From Octopus sinensis (taxonomy: Eukaryota), in NCBI RefSeq assembly GCF_006345805.1, contig NC_043024.1, positions 3,596,001 to 3,660,000 on the forward strand: 64,000 bases of DNA. Reading direction: 5' to 3'. The translations under genes and the position numbers were made by a program. This document shows, one piece after another, positions 11,923-25,779 of this stretch (positions are counted from its first letter, which is position 1; each line of letters starts with the position of its first letter). Under the pieces are notes generated by a model, which saw nothing but the letters and a program-made list of their open reading frames with translations, searched no databases and was not told the DNA's origin.

Positions 11923-12485
11923 ACTGGCAAAATCGTTAGCGTGCTGGGCAAAGTGGTTAGTGGCAAGTTATCTGTTTTTACGTTCTAAGTTCAAATTCTC
12001 TCAAAGTCGACTTTGCTTTTCATCTTTTCAGGATTGATAAAATAAGTACCAGTTGAACACTGGGGTCAATTTAATCAACTTACCCCCTCCACTGAAATTG
12101 TTGGCCTTGTGACAAAATTCGATATCAATATATACAAAATCTAAGGTGGCAAGCTGGCAGAATCGTTAGCATGCCAAGTGAAATGCTTAGTGGTATTTTG
12201 TCCATCTTTACATTCTGAGTTCAAATTCCGCCAAGGTCGACTTTGCCTTTCATCCTTTCGGGGTCGATAAATTAAGTACCAGTTGTGTACAAGGGTCAAT
12301 CTAATCAACTGCACCCCATCAAAAATAAGTACCATTTGAGCACTGGGGTCGTTGTAATCAATTTGCTCCCCACCACCACCCACGAAATTGCTGGCCTTGT
12401 GCCAAAATTTGAAACCATTATTAATAAGGTGGGGAGCTGGCAGTATCATTAGAACTTCAGACAACATGCTTAGTGGCATTTTATC
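11923..12485 (+). mobile_element. Tandem SINE family B copies (11923-12122, 12144-12420, partial 12425-12485)
   Basis: Three successive heads in the same orientation. Confidence 0.8.
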
Positions 12486-12487
12486 AT

Positions 12488-12845
12488 AGGCGCAGGAGTG
12501 GCTGTGTGGTAAGTAGCTTGCTTACCAACCACATGGTTCTGGGTTCAGTCTCACTGTGTGGAACCTTGGGCAAGTGTCTTCAACTATAGCCTCAGGCAAA
12601 TCCTTGTGAGTGGATTTGGTAGACAGAAACTGAAAATAGCCCATCGTATATATGTGTGCGTGTGTTTGTGTGTGTCCCCCCCCCCCCATCGCTTGACAAC
12701 TGATGTTGGTGTGTTCACGTCCCTGTAACTTAATGGTTCGGCAAAAGAGACCAATAGAATAAGTACTGGGCTCGATTTGTTCAACTAAAAGCGGTGCTCC
12801 TGCATGGCCACAGTCAAACGACTGAAACAAATAAAAGTAAAAGAA
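12488..12845 (+). mobile_element. SINE family A
   Basis: ggcgcaggagtggctgtgtggtaag start; full length. Confidence 0.88.
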
Positions 12846-12916
12846 AGGCTCTTTATGTTGTGTGTTCAACTCTGCTAAGGTTGACTTTTCCTTCCATCCT
12901 TTTGAGAATGCATAAA

Positions 12917-13430
12917 ACATGAAGGTCGGCTAAAATGTTCATAGGCTGACCAAGCTACTCTCATGCAATCTGACCAAATGAGGTTTATTTGGTCTCCCTT
13001 GCAGTCCACACACTTCTTCCATCAGTGTTGCAGTTCTTGGATCCCATTGACGAAGAAGCTTTCATCCTCTTACTCAAATGAGTCATCAACAGCAGACATG
13101 ATGTCATCATCACTGCAACACTGGTTTCCAGTCAAGTGTTTTTTATAATGTTGGGAAACAAATGATAGTCAGAAGGGGCCAAGTTAGGGGAATAGGGAGG
13201 GTGAACAACTAGTTCAAAGCGACAGTAACACACAACAGCCATTGAAAGCAAGGACTTGTGTGCTGGAGCACTGTCTTGATGAAACAAGATCCCTTTCATC
13301 AGTTTTCCTAGGCATTTCATCTCGATAGCCTTTCGTTACTGTCTCAGAAGTTGGCATAGTACCCTCCATTGATGGTGTGACCTTTTTGAAGATAGTCAAT
13401 AAGAAATTATTGTACACTAGCTGGCTCCGT
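12917..13430 (-). mobile_element. Mariner 3' fragment
   Basis: ILFHQDSAPAHKS...HPPYSPNLAPSDYHLF; TIR-like gaaggtcggctaaaatgttcatagg. Confidence 0.8.
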
Positions 13431-13804
13431 GTTGTCAAAAATGACGGTTAATTGTAGTATTTTATATATAAATAAGGTAATAAATGGAATAGTGTATTTG
13501 TTCCTCATCACTGCTGGATAATGTTGGTTCATTTACACCTCTTCTGTGACTTAGCAGTTTGGTAAATGACACTGACAGAATAAGTAACAGGCCTTAAAGA
13601 AAACATTTATAAATACTGGGGTTGATTTATTTGGCTAAAACCCTTCAAGGTATTGCTCTAGCATGGCCACAATTCAATGACTGAAGCAAGTAAAAGATAT
13701 AAACTATATATGGGTATATGTGTGTGTATGTATTTATGTGTGTGTATTTGTCTTTATAGTGTATATGTCTTTCAATAGACTTTAACCAATTTTCTTCAAA
13801 ACAG

Positions 13805-13988
13805 ATCGGGATATTTCCCACGCCTCATGCTGGAACTTTGAAACAGTTGGTGTTACTTTCAGACTTTACTTCCTGTCCTGGGTACATTGCCAAATACTTG
13901 CAGGTTCTTGTACAAACCTATGAGCGCCATGGATCAAGCCAGGAACGAGACGTCTTAGAGATTGTTCCAATGAAAATTCTGAATAAAG
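13805..13988 (+). CDS. Internal coding exon (IGIFPTPHAGTLKQLVLLSDFTSCPGYIAKYLQVLVQTYERHGSSQERDVLEIVPMKILNK+g)
   Basis: Acceptor ttttcttcaaaacAG, donor aag/GTttgt, 184 nt, phase 0/1; overlaps the listed ORF 13838-14023. Confidence 0.7.
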
Positions 13989-14214
13989 GTTTGTGTAAAT
14001 GCATTATCACCATCACCATTTAATGCGCATTTTTCCATACTTGCATTTGTCAGACAGAATTTGTTGAGGCAGATTTTCTGCAGCTTGATGTTTTTCATTT
14101 CATCCACCCTTGTTTGTTTCCAAATAAAGTAATATTTCCCCATGGGAAACTCGAAATAAACATCACCAGCATGACACTGATGCTTGTTTAAAACCATCCT
14201 TGACAAGGGTACAT

Positions 14215-14725
14215 ACAAACACACGTATATGTGTGGAACACATGGGAGCAGGAGACCCAGGAAGACATGGGATGAAGTACTGATGAACAACCTCAGGAAA
14301 CTAAACTTTTCAGGTGAGATGATAAAGGACCAAGACACCTGGCTGTACTCAAGAAGCCCCATACCCACAGTAGACGTGTTAAGACCAACCCTGCAGGTGA
14401 TGTAAAGCACTTGTGACAATGCCACGTAAAAGCACTCATGGTGATGCCATGTAAAATTGCCCCTGTGGTGCCACATAAAAGTGACTGTGCAGTGTCACGT
14501 AAATGAGCCCATGCAGTGCTACGTAAACGTTCTTGTGTCAGTGCCTGTATAGTCCCACTTAAAAGTGCCCAGCACACTCTGCAAAGTGGTTGGAGTTAGG
14601 AAGAGCATCCAGCCGTAGGAACCAGGCCAAATCAGACAGGATCTTGGTGCAGCTCCCCAGTTTACCAGTTAAACATTCCAAGCCATGCCAGCATGGACAG
14701 CAGACGTTAGATGATGATGATGATG
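14215..14725 (+). mobile_element. Old RTE LINE 3' fragment
   Basis: GSRRPRKTWDEV..DL..L; 3' UTR with repeated cacgtaaaa units; (gat)n tail. Confidence 0.75.
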
Positions 14726-15269
14726 ATATATGCATACATACATGCATATCTATATACCCACACTCACACTCACACACATCCTTTTTTCATCATTATTTCA
14801 ACATGCCCTTTATAATGCTTTGCATTGGTCTGATGGAGTTTGAGGCAGATTTTTCTATGGCCAGACGCACTTTCTGTTGCCAACCCTCACCTGTTTCCAA
14901 GCAAGGTAATATTTCCCCCAATGGCCAGACATGTGCTCACGGAAGATTGGAATTGAAGGACACTGCTTATATGACAGTGACACTCATTTACAATTATCGC
15001 ACAATGTCAAAACAAGAAGACTCAAACACACACACATACACTCATGCATATGTGCACACACACACACACATGCATTAATATTTTGCTTAGGCATTGCAAT
15101 ACTAATAATCTTGTGTTAGAACTCAATATACGTGTGAAGCTATAGGGTAATACTCAAGCACTTAACTACGAGTGCATCGCATCTTTTAGCAGAAACAGCT
15201 GTAAGCTAATGAAGTTCATAACAGAATTATTTATCCCTTTATCATCCGAGTTTCTTATACGTATATATG

Positions 15270-15426
15270 CAGGATAGCTGTGTGGTAAGTAGATTGCTTT
15301 ACCAATCACATACTTTCAGGTTCAGTCCCACTGCGTGGCACCTTGGGCAAGTGTCTTCTTCTGTAGCCTTGGGCCAGCGAAAGCATTGTGAGTAGGTTTG
15401 GCAGACAGAGGCTGAAAGAAGCCTGT

Positions 15427-15489
<63 letters not shown>

Positions 15490-15688
15490 ATGTGTCAGTG
15501 TTTGTCCCTGCGACCATCACTTGACAACTGATGCTGGTGCGTTTGTGTCCCCATAACTTAGTGATTTGGCAAAAGAGACCGATAGAATAAGTACTAGGCT
15601 TACAAAGAATAAGTCCTGGGGTCAATTGCTCAACTAAAGGCGGTGCTCCAGCATGGCTGCAGTTAAATGACTGAAACAAGTAAAAGAA
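15270..15688 (+). mobile_element. SINE family A
   Basis: Full length, with an expanded internal (TA)n. Confidence 0.88.
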
Positions 15689-16003
15689 TGTATGTATGTA
15701 TATATATATATGTGTGTGTGTGTGTGTATGCATATATGTATATATATATATGTGTGTATGCATATAGGTATGCATGTATATGTACATATATATATGTGTA
15801 TATATAATAAGGTAGTCAGAATGGTGGATGATCATATATTTTTTATATTTCTTTACATCTCATTAACAATTCTACTGCTTTCTTCTGTTATTGGATTTAT
15901 CAAAAAATGGTTCAAATTTACATTTCTTGGCCTTTTTATAAAGAATTTCCAGTGGTTTGCCAAGCAAGGGAGAAAAAAGAAGAAAAAATCTCTCTCTCTC
16001 TCT

Positions 16004-17287
16004 CAGGGTGTGGTGACTAAAGTGTCTAAATTAAGCAAAAATGAAAATAACACTGACATCTCATTTTAACAAATGTATTTACCACAATTTACCACAATAG
16101 GTGCAGTAGTGGCTGTGTGGTAAGTAGCTTGTTTACCAACCACATGGTTCTGGGTTCAATCCCACTGCGTGGCATCTTGGGCAAGTGTCTTCTGCTATAG
16201 CCCCGGGCCGACCAATGCCTTGCGAGTGGATTTGGTAGACGGAAACTGAAAGAAGCCCGTCGTATATATGTATATATATGTGAGTGTGTGTGTATGTGTC
16301 TGTGTTTGTCCCCCTAGCATTGCTTGACAACCGATGCTGGTGTGTTTACGTCCCCGTCACTTAGCGGTTCGGCAAAAGAGACCGATAGAATAAGTACTGG
16401 GCTTACAAAAGAATAAGTCCCGGGGTCGAGTAGCTCGGCTAAAGGCGGTGCTCCAGCATGGCCGCAGTCAAATGACTGAAACGAGTAAAAGAGTAGAGTA
16501 AAGAATTACATAAAAATATCTTAAAATACTAAAAGAGTAAATTTATTTAATAAAATCACCATTGGCTTCAATCATGTCCTCCAGGCAGCTTCGGAATCTC
16601 CTGCAACTCTTCTGGACAGTCTCCTTGTTTAAGTTGGTGAATGCTGCCATAATCCTTGCCTTCAGTTTATCTTTGGTGTTACAAGGAGTTTTGTTGGTCT
16701 CTCACTCAACTGTGCCCCATACATAATAATCAAGGGGGTTGCAGTGTGGGGAGTTAGGTGGCCAGATGTTAGGGGTGATGTGGTCACAGAGATTGTCTGA
16801 CAGCCATGACTGGGTTCTCCTGCTTGTGTGGCATAGTGCAGAGTACTGTTGCCAGACATAGCGTCTGCCAGCAGCCACCCCCTTGACCCAAGACAGCACT
16901 ACATCCTCCAGGCACTTGATGTAGGCCTCTGTGTTTAGTCTAAGGTTGTGTGGGAAGTTGAATGGAGGCGTAACATTGCTGTCACTAGTGATCACTCCAA
17001 GCACCATGAAGTTGACTGGCTGTTTGATTTTTATCGCTCTTGGTACTTATCCTCAGATCACCACCCAAGCACTCTGAAATTCTTGTATTGGAGTTTCCGG
17101 CACAAAAATACCAATCAGTACAACATGTTTCCAAATTTCTGGCAGAGTGAATTGCGTTATGGTGCTGCTTTTCTCACAGACAGTGCCCAACTGACCCTGC
17201 TATACTGTGTAGTCGACAAAATCAAAAACAATGTGCACACACGAAATTAAAAATATAAAATGGTAGCAATTTACCCATCACACCCTG
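16004..17287 (-). mobile_element. maT/DD37D-type transposon (deleted), interrupted by a SINE at 16099-16503
   Basis: Termini cagggtgtg.../...cacaccctg; MVLGVITSD...WQQ.SA.CHTS..TQ.WL..WPPNSP.CNPLDYYVWG. Confidence 0.8.
16099..16503 (+). mobile_element. SINE family A (young-looking), inserted in the maT element
   Basis: Close to the in-window consensus. Confidence 0.9.
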
Positions 17288-17566
17288 TATATATATGTTT
17301 GTATATATATATATATGTAGAGCAATAAGAAAATGGAGGGGATCAATAGGTGGTTCATCAACTTTTAGACATTATATTATGCCTATTTAGTTATTTACTA
17401 AAATGACAATTACAGGAATATACATACATGTATAACATATTATGCTTTACATATAAAATATATTAATATACTATCAAAATATCAAAATATAACATACAGG
17501 AATATAAATTTGGAAAAATATCTTACAGCTGTTTCAGCCACGAGGCAAAAATACCTCATGTATGTG

Positions 17567-17589
<23 letters not shown>

Positions 17590-17608
<19 letters not shown>

Positions 17609-18150
17609 ATCTGTTTTCTCTCTTTCATCTTCCTTCTCTTCTATCTGCTGCCTGTGACCCGTCACTGATTTTCTATTTTCTCTGCCTTTTCACCACCGGA
17701 TGCTTAGTCTGCTGGTCAACTTTTCCTTCTCTCTTCCTAATTCTGTTTTTATATATCCATTTGAAGATTTCTTCCAGGTATTAATCCACCTCCTTCGTGT
17801 TTGACCACAAGGCGCTATTTACTGCCTTCGTCTGTCGTTTCAAATTACATTTGTTTACTTTTGTACGTCCACTCCATACTTACGTACGTCCACCTCATAC
17901 TTTCATGCATCTACCCTGTATTGTTTTGCTTGCTCAAGCCTTAATTCTATGCAAATCTTGTGTGTGCTGCTGATATACGAAGTTCCCAGTCTTATCGTTA
18001 AAAGCACGAAACTGGGTATTAATATTTATGATCAATAACTGAAGAAGGATTAGGGTCCCTGTGTCTGTCCTATGTGTACGTTTTGTAGTAGTTGATGCAC
18101 TTTTCATTTATGGACTAATTGAATGCCATGCATCCCGACTTTTGTTAACA
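17590..18150 (+). repeat. Unclassified pseudo-LTR-like repeat between (TA)n tracts (similar style at 40385-40990)
   Basis: Pyrimidine-rich; CTGAAGA plus hairpin at 18039; TA microsatellites on both flanks. Confidence 0.35.
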
Positions 18151-18769
18151 GTAAGTATATATATATATATATATATATATATACAAATGAATATGGAAGA
18201 CTTCTATAAATGGCTGAAAATTGCTCAACATTTTAAAACTGATGTAATACTTACAATGTTTAATAAAATGAAGTAGCATGAAACGATTGTACCAAATTAC
18301 CGAAGATATACTTGTTGCTTATTTTGAATATATATATATGTATATACACACACACACATATATGCATATATATTATATAATGTCTGTCTATACACAGACA
18401 CACACATATTCATCATTGTCATCATGAATATATTTGACCAAATGGTTAAGCAGTTCCCTTTTCATGAAATCCCAGGTTCAGTCCCACTCTGTAGAATCTT
18501 CGGCAAAAAAAGGGTGCATTCAAACCGGTATGCTTTTGAATCTCTTTAACAATTCACAATAATGACTTTTATTACTTTTATTTCTACCTCAGTTCATCTA
18601 ATTGTATATATTTATCGTTACTTTTCATAAAAAGCCTTTATTTTTTCGATTTCCAATGTGCATTTTCGCTTATTTTTCTTCTTACTTTCCCCTTACATTT
18701 CCACGTGTAGTTTCTATTTTCTTTTTGTAACATATTTCTATTATATATGTCTATATCTATGTATATATA

Positions 18770-18812
<43 letters not shown>

Positions 18813-18819
<7 letters not shown>

Positions 18820-19034
18820 GATGAAGGAAATGGAAGATGGATTTAGTACGAATTTTTATTCAGTACGACAATTGTTTTGACCCATCCGACAGCTGTCCCT
18901 TAGGAGTACGATATTGTGCATCTAGTTGTGTTTTATCAATCAGTGTTTGGTGTCCCCTAAGGAACAGCTGCAGAAGGGGTCAAAACAATCATCGTCATAC
19001 TAAATCCACCTCCTGTTTCCCTCATCAATTATAA
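18813..19034. mobile_element. Foldback MITE in TA context (partial sister copy at about 9538-9720)
   Basis: tataattgatgaaggaaa..ggatttagta ... tactaaatcc..tttccctcatcaattata; the interior is also inverted. Confidence 0.7.
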
Positions 19035-19310
19035 ACTCAATAAACATTGTGGATTTCCTGATTTAGATCCAATGAAAATTATATTGCAACTGCGGATGAC
19101 AGCAGGTAGCCCAAACCATGAATGCGCTTCGATTGGCATACTAATAGACCCAAAATGCAAATAGTTATATATATATTATACCTCGTTCAGAGATTTATTA
19201 TTGCTTGTTTACACTTTTTTGAGATCAGTGACGAAAAGTCACTGGAAAAGGATATATGTATTTGCATTGGGACCCCTTCACATCGAAGACCAGTGATATA
19301 TATATATATA

Positions 19311-22300
19311 TCATCATCATCATCATCATCATCGTTTAACGTCCGTTCTCCATGCTAGCATGGGTTGGACGGTTCGACCGGGGATCTGGGAAGCCAGAAG
19401 GCTGCACCAGGATCCAGTCTTATCTGGCAATGTTTCTACAGCTGGATGCCCTTCCTAACGCCAACCACTCCGTGAGTGTAGTGGGTGCTTTTTACGTGCC
19501 ACCCGCACAGGTGCCAGGCGAGGCTGGCAACGGCCACGGTTGGATTGGTGCATTTTACGTGCCACCGGCACGGAAGCCAGTCGAGGCGGCACTGGCTTCG
19601 GTCATGGTCGGATTGGTGCTTTTTACGTGCCACCGGCACGGAAGGTGGCGCTGGCATCGGCCACGATTCGGATAGTGCTTTGTACATACCACCAGTCTAG
19701 GGGTCCTGGCATCTGCCGGGTGCCAGTCATAGGATTGGTTCAATTTCGATTCCGATTCCGATTTCACTTACCCCAACAGGTCTTCACAAGCAAAGGGGGG
19801 ATGGCATGGGTGCCTGTCGTCGGATGAGGTTCGATATCGACTTCGTTTGCCTCAACAGGTCTTTCTGTGTCCAAGGGAGGAAAGGCATGCATAAGTGGGC
19901 TGGACTCACTTGTCCTGCCTGGTCTTCTCACGCACAGCATATTTCCAAAGGTCTCGGTCGCTGGTCATTTCCTCAGTGAGGCCTAAAGTTCGAAGGTCAT
20001 GCTTCACCACCTCGTCCCAGGTTTTCCTGGGTCTACCTCTTCCATGGGTTCCCTCAACTGCTAGGGATTGGCACTTTCTCACACACCTATCTTCATCCAT
20101 TCTCGCTACATGACCATACCAGCGCAATCGTCTTTCTTGCACACCACAACTGATGCTCCTTAGGTACAACATTTCTCTCAAGGTACTAACGCTCTGTCGA
20201 GTATGTACACTGACATTACACATCCATCGGAGCATACTGGCTTCATTCCTCGCGAGCTTACGCATGTCCTCAGCAGTCACGGCCCATGTGTCACTGCCAT
20301 GTAGCATGGCTGTTCGTACACATGCATCATACAGTCTGCCTTTTACTCTGAGCGAGAGGCCTTTAGTCACCAGCAGAGGTAAGAGCTCCCTAAACTTTGC
20401 CCAGGCTATTCTTACTCTAGCAGTTACACTTTCAACGCACCCACCCCCACTACTGACTTGGTCACCTAGATAACGGAAGCTATCAACTACTTCTAGTTTT
20501 TCCCCCTGGAAAGTGACGGAAGTTGTTTTCTGCAGATTTTCAGAGGTTAATGCTCCCGAGCATCTGTACCTTTTCTACAGATCGAGCAGGGCCATCTTCC
20601 TGAAGACATTTATGGATTGTCTACCTTCCTACTTATTAGTACTTTGGTTTTAGCTAGGTTGACTCTAAGGCCCCTCGATTCTAAACCCTCCTTCCACACC
20701 TGGAAATTCTCCTCCAGTTCTGATAGTGACTCAGCAATTAGAGCAAGGTCGTCAGCATAGAGGAGCTCCCAGGGGCAACCTGTCTTGAATTCCTCCATAA
20801 TTGTCTGGAGGACTATGATAAATAGGAGGGGGCTGAGTACTGAACCCTGGTGGACCCCAACCTCTACTTTGAATTCTTCTGTGTACATGTTGCCAACCCT
20901 AACCTTACTTACGGCATCCCTGTACATGGCTTGCACAGCCCTCACCAGCCATTCATCTATCCCTAGTTTCCTCATTGACCCCCAGATAAGGGATCGGGGG
21001 ACCCTGTCAAAGGCTTTCTCCATGTCAACGAAAGCCAGGTACAGGGGCTTATCTTTGGCTAGGTATTTCTCCTGCAGCTGCCTTACCAGGAATATAGCAT
21101 CAGTGGTACTTTTCCCTGGCACAAACCCAAACTGCATCTCATCTAAACTAACTCTCTCTCTAATTAGTTGCGCTATGACCCTCTCCGTAACCTTCATTAC
21201 CTGATCCAACAGCTTGATACCTCTGTAATTATTTGTATCTAGGGCATCACCTTTACCTTCGTAGCAGTTGACTAGTATGCTGCTACACCAGTCATTGGGT
21301 ATGACTCCTTCGTGTATCACCTGGTTGACTATACGGGTGACTAAGTTATAGCCGACACTGCCAAATATTTTGAGCATCTCTGCAGTAATTCCTGATGGGC
21401 CTGGGGCTTTCCCTGTCTTCATGCTTCTAATTGCTTTAACTACCGAAGAATTTTCAACTCGGATGGCTGGTCCCTCTGTTGGGTTGACATTCGGCAGACT
21501 CTCTTTATCCCATTCATTTTCTTTATTCAGCAACCTTTCATAGTGGCATCTCCAAACCTCTCTCTTTGCATCCTCATTTAGCGCAAGTGAACCATCATCC
21601 ATGCGGACACATTTCTCTCCTACCACATCACGATTCTCTCTTACACACTGTCTTGCAACACGAAATACCTCAAGTCTTTCATCCTCGTGGCTCAGAACAT
21701 TGGCAAATTTTTTCTTATCCGCTTCCCCTCTGGCTAAATAAACCTGCCTCCTAGCTTCCCTTCTGGCTGTCTGGTACAATTCCCTGCTACCACCGTTCTT
21801 CCAGTCCTTCCAAGCCTGTCTCTTTTGTCTAATAGCCCTGTCAACCACAGTGTTCCACCACCATGTTACCTTGGGTTGAGATGGGACTTTGCTTCATCCA
21901 CAGATCTGGTCAGTGGCTGTCAGCAGCTTGTCCCGTAGAAACCTCCAGTTTTCTTCCACATTATGTGAAGCTATATCCCCTTCTATTTCATCGAAGACTT
22001 CAAGTAGTACGTCTCTAAATCTCTGTCCATTTGCAGGATCTTTAAGCTTCCAGACCCTTCTCCTCCAAGCTGGTCTTCTTCTGGGCAGCCATTTAGCCCT
22101 GATCCTGAAGTTGCTAACTACTAATCTATGTTGAGGAGTACATTCTTCGCCTGGAAAGGTTTTGGCATTTATAAGCAGCCCTCTTTCCCTTTTTCTGGCA
22201 AGGAAGTAGTCAATCTGGCTAGTGTGTCTGCCAGAACAGTAGGTGACTAGGTGAGAGGTGGGTTTCCTGAAGTTGGTATTGCAAACCATTAGGTCATTTG

Positions 22301-22595
22301 CATCGCAGAACTCCAGCAGCCTGGTTCCCTCCTCATTACGAGAGCCAAAACCGTAGCCTCCATGAACACCATGGAAGCCCCCGACATGCCGTCCAACATG
22401 TCCATTGAAATCACCTGCCACAAAGAGAAGGTCACTGTCATTTGTCAACGAGGTGGTCCGCAGTAGGGTGTCGTAGAATTGGTCTTTCTGTGCTTCCGGT
22501 AGCCCTGGTTGAGGGGCATATGCCGAGATGATGGTAGCTGACCTATGGTGAAGCACTAATCTAATTTTAAGTACTCTGTCACTTACTACGTACAA
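19311..22595 (-). mobile_element. RTE-clade LINE, 5'-truncated in the APE domain, with disrupted ORF and complete 3' UTR
   Basis: APE (TIISAYAPQ, AGDFNGHVG, SQIDY, QHRLVV); RT ([34 protein letters not shown]); GRPRKTW; (gat)n tail; breaks near 21890 and a deletion near 20570. Confidence 0.95.
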
Positions 22596-22880
22596 AAATA
22601 GTTGAGGGTTCCAGTTGATCTGATCATTCGGAGTAGCCTGTTTGTGGAATTTACGTGCAGGTGGTTGAGTATTCCATGGACACATATTACCCTTAACTTA
22701 GTTTTCAGGGAGATTCAGCATGACACACTAAGTGTGACAAGGCTGGCCCTTTGAAATATAGATACAACTCATTTTTGCCTGCTGAGTGGACTGGAGCAAC
22801 AGGAAATAAAGTGTCTTGCTCAAGGACACACCACCAGGAATTGAAATCACAACCTTATGATCAGGAGCTGAATACACGAA
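22596..22880 (-). mobile_element. tRNA-derived SINE, family C
   Basis: Minus strand: head, then gtgtccttgagcaagacactttatttcctgttgctccagtccactcagc core; the 3' end abuts the RTE. Confidence 0.7.
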
Positions 22881-23317
22881 CCCCTTAGCCATGTGTCTCT
22901 AACAGGATATTCTTAAAGAAATTAAAACTTTGTTGTACCAAAACAAAAGAAAAAAAATGTTTGCTATTACTGCAATGAGGTGTGTGTTGAGAGAGATTTG
23001 GTTTTTATTTCTAGCAAGCTGAACAACCATGTAGAAGCTTTCTCATCAACTCATTTTGTTATTTATTACAAACCCAAACTAAATGATCTTGTTGTTGTTG
23101 TTTAAACCCAGGTCAACAACCTCCTTTCTATTTTTAGCATGAGAAGCTATTTATATTTTTATTTCATGTGTTCTTCCTTCGTTGTTTTGAGGGAGAAATA
23201 CAACTGCTATTTTTAAGTAAGGTTGGGTCTTAGTCATAGCAGGTCTAGATCTCATGAAGATCCCTGATTGGGTTTGTCAAGGCAAAAGGTTTTTTGCATA
23301 TCATTTCTTCAGAGCTG

Positions 23318-23348
<31 letters not shown>

Positions 23349-24448
23349 GGAACATTTTATAAACAAACTTTATTGGTATTTTACAGACAAAAATGTAAAT
23401 TTCACCACATGAGGGCAACTTTTTTCTCTATTCTAAGTGTAAATACCTAATCTCTCTTAGCTGTCTTTGCAGGTCTACTGTGTTCAAAATTACTTTCTTG
23501 TCTGTAAAACACACACACACACACTAGAATATAACCATCCAACTCATGCCAGCATAGAAAACTGATGTTAAATGATGATGATGATATATGCTTTATTTAT
23601 GTGTGTGTGTGTGTGTGTGTGTGTGTCTGTCTGTCTGTGTGCGCATCATCATCATCGTTTAAGGTCCATCTTCCATGTATACATATATCTATACACACAC
23701 ACACACACACATATACACACTTCCATGCAGACATACACACACACAAACACACATACATACACACACACACACATATGCATACATACGTACACACGCATAT
23801 AAATCTGGGCCTTATTTTAATTACCATCTCCTGTTATGTCACATGACTGCAATAATCTATGGTCTGCCTATATTAATGTCACTGTGTCATGTGACTACAA
23901 TAAAGACTATACTTGGGTCATATGGCTTTTATGATATTTAGGAAGTTTCAGGCGATATTAAATACAAGAGAAATAGGTTCATGCCTACTGGCTACAATAA
24001 CTTTCCTCTTTTGCATGTTTATTATATTCATAAGTATCCATAGCATGAGTGAGTATGTATATATAATTTGTCTACAAGTGTGTAAGTTTGTATAGACATT
24101 CATACACACAAACACACATTATATATTAATGCATATGCATTTTTGTGTGGAAGTGTGTGCGTCCCCCTATATGTATATATATATATATATATAGACACAC
24201 ACATACACAAACATGCCAGAGTATACTCGTGTTTTTTTACGTGTATGTTGATTGTATTTGGTCTGTACTTGTAGATGTATGTGTAACTGGAAGGACAAGT
24301 CTGTATGTACTCAAGTAAATACATGTGTGTCCTTACACGCTGTTGATAGATGGATATGCTGTTCTTGACTCTACTTTGGGTCATTTTATTAAAATACCTT
24401 GATTCTAGTTGATCCTGCAGATACTTATATATGTATATATATATATAA

Positions 24449-25195
24449 GGAATTCAAAACTGGATGTCTGTGATAACTACTGTACACTGATGACCCTACT
24501 CTTATTGCAGAATCTGTAGCAGAATTGGAGAAGAAATTCCAGGTATGGAAGCAAAACCCAGAATCAAAGGGCCTTAAAGTTAACCTAGCTAAGACCAAAG
24601 TTGTTGTTAGTAAGAAAGCAGATAAGACTCTCTTTCCATCAGGTAAATGGTCCTGCTCAATATGTAGGAATGGAGTGAGAAGTAATTCCATTTGCTGCAC
24701 CCATGTAAGAGATACAATGGAATTACAGATAGAATAACAGATAAAGTCACCTCCATGTGTGGCAGATGTGCAGGAACAACAGCACTAAGAGTACATGGGA
24801 TTTAGACTCTCTCAAATGTCTAGGAGGCTCCCTTGAGGTAATAGATGGTTTCTGTTGCCTAGGTGATCAAATTAGCAATGGTGAAAGATGTTCTGAAAGT
24901 ATTGTTTCTAAAACAAGAATAGGATGGAGGAAGTTCAGAGAGCTATTACCTCTGTTGACAACAAAAGGGTAAACTGTATGATGCTTGTGTACGGACAACT
25001 ATACTCCATGGTTGAGAGACATGGGCTATGAATGCAAAAGACATGCGTAGACTAGAGAAGAATGAAGGCAGTATGATCTGCTGGATGTGCAACATCAGTG
25101 TACATGAACGACAAAGTGTGAATGTATTGAGAGAAAAGTTGAGCATAAGAGGACTCAAATGCAGCATGCAAGAAGAAGGATGATGATGATGATGA
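24449..25195 (+). mobile_element. Degenerate RTE fragment (RT C-terminal half)
   Basis: [29 protein letters not shown], degraded Cys cluster, [13 protein letters not shown]. Confidence 0.85.
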
Positions 25196-25324
25196 TTAAA
25201 CTAGTACTTAGTATTTTTTCATAGATTACATGTTTATTAAATTTTTACAAGAAGAAGGGTCGACAGTGGCTTTGAAGTTTCAGCCTCCTTGATTTCATGT
25301 GTGAGTATATTCGAACACATATAT

Positions 25325-25689
25325 GCAATGCCAGATTTATGTATGGGCCATGACCCAGGAAAGTCAAGTTTGGCTGGGGGAACTCTTTAACTCAGAGCAA
25401 CCTGAAGCTTGAAGTTAAAAATTAGAAAATTGTATTTTATAGCAATAAAATTAATAATTTGTAATTATTTTTATCTGTTAAAATTATTGAGTCTTTTCTT
25501 AATTTGCAGGGTTCTTTTAGGTTTAAAAAGCCATTAAATTTAACTGAATTCTGGTGAATGTATCAAGTTCTTTTTAAGTTTTAGGGCTTCTTCAGCCTAT
25601 TTGGGGCTCCTAGATTTAATTGGGCTCTCTTTATTTTCTTTTGAATTAGTGAAATGGTAGGGGTCCCACTTGGTCTGAATCCAGCCCTG
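25325..25689. mobile_element. Probable hAT-type MITE
   Basis: Right end gggtcccacttggtctgaatccagccctg; degenerate left end gccagattta..gggcc. Confidence 0.45.
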
Positions 25690-25779
25690 TATGTATGTGT
25701 GTATTTATTTATTTGTTTATTTGTTTGTATAATTATTTATTTATTTGTTTATATATATATTTATATTTTTATTTATCAG

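Noticed and set aside
12488-12570. tRNA gene calls for SINE heads
   Set aside because: A/B-box-like motifs are present, but there is no complete cloverleaf and each head continues into a SINE body.
19480-19690. CRISPR-like repeat/spacer pattern (gtgctttttacgtgccaccggcac with variable spacers), also at 41270, 53895, 55560 and 58970
   Set aside because: It is always inside the RTE 3' UTR, the spacers are homologous to each other, there are no cas genes, and the context is eukaryotic.
21894-22685. ORF with an apparent novel N-terminus on the RTE endonuclease
   Set aside because: The first ~30 codons come from the adjacent family C SINE; the RTE is simply 5'-truncated.
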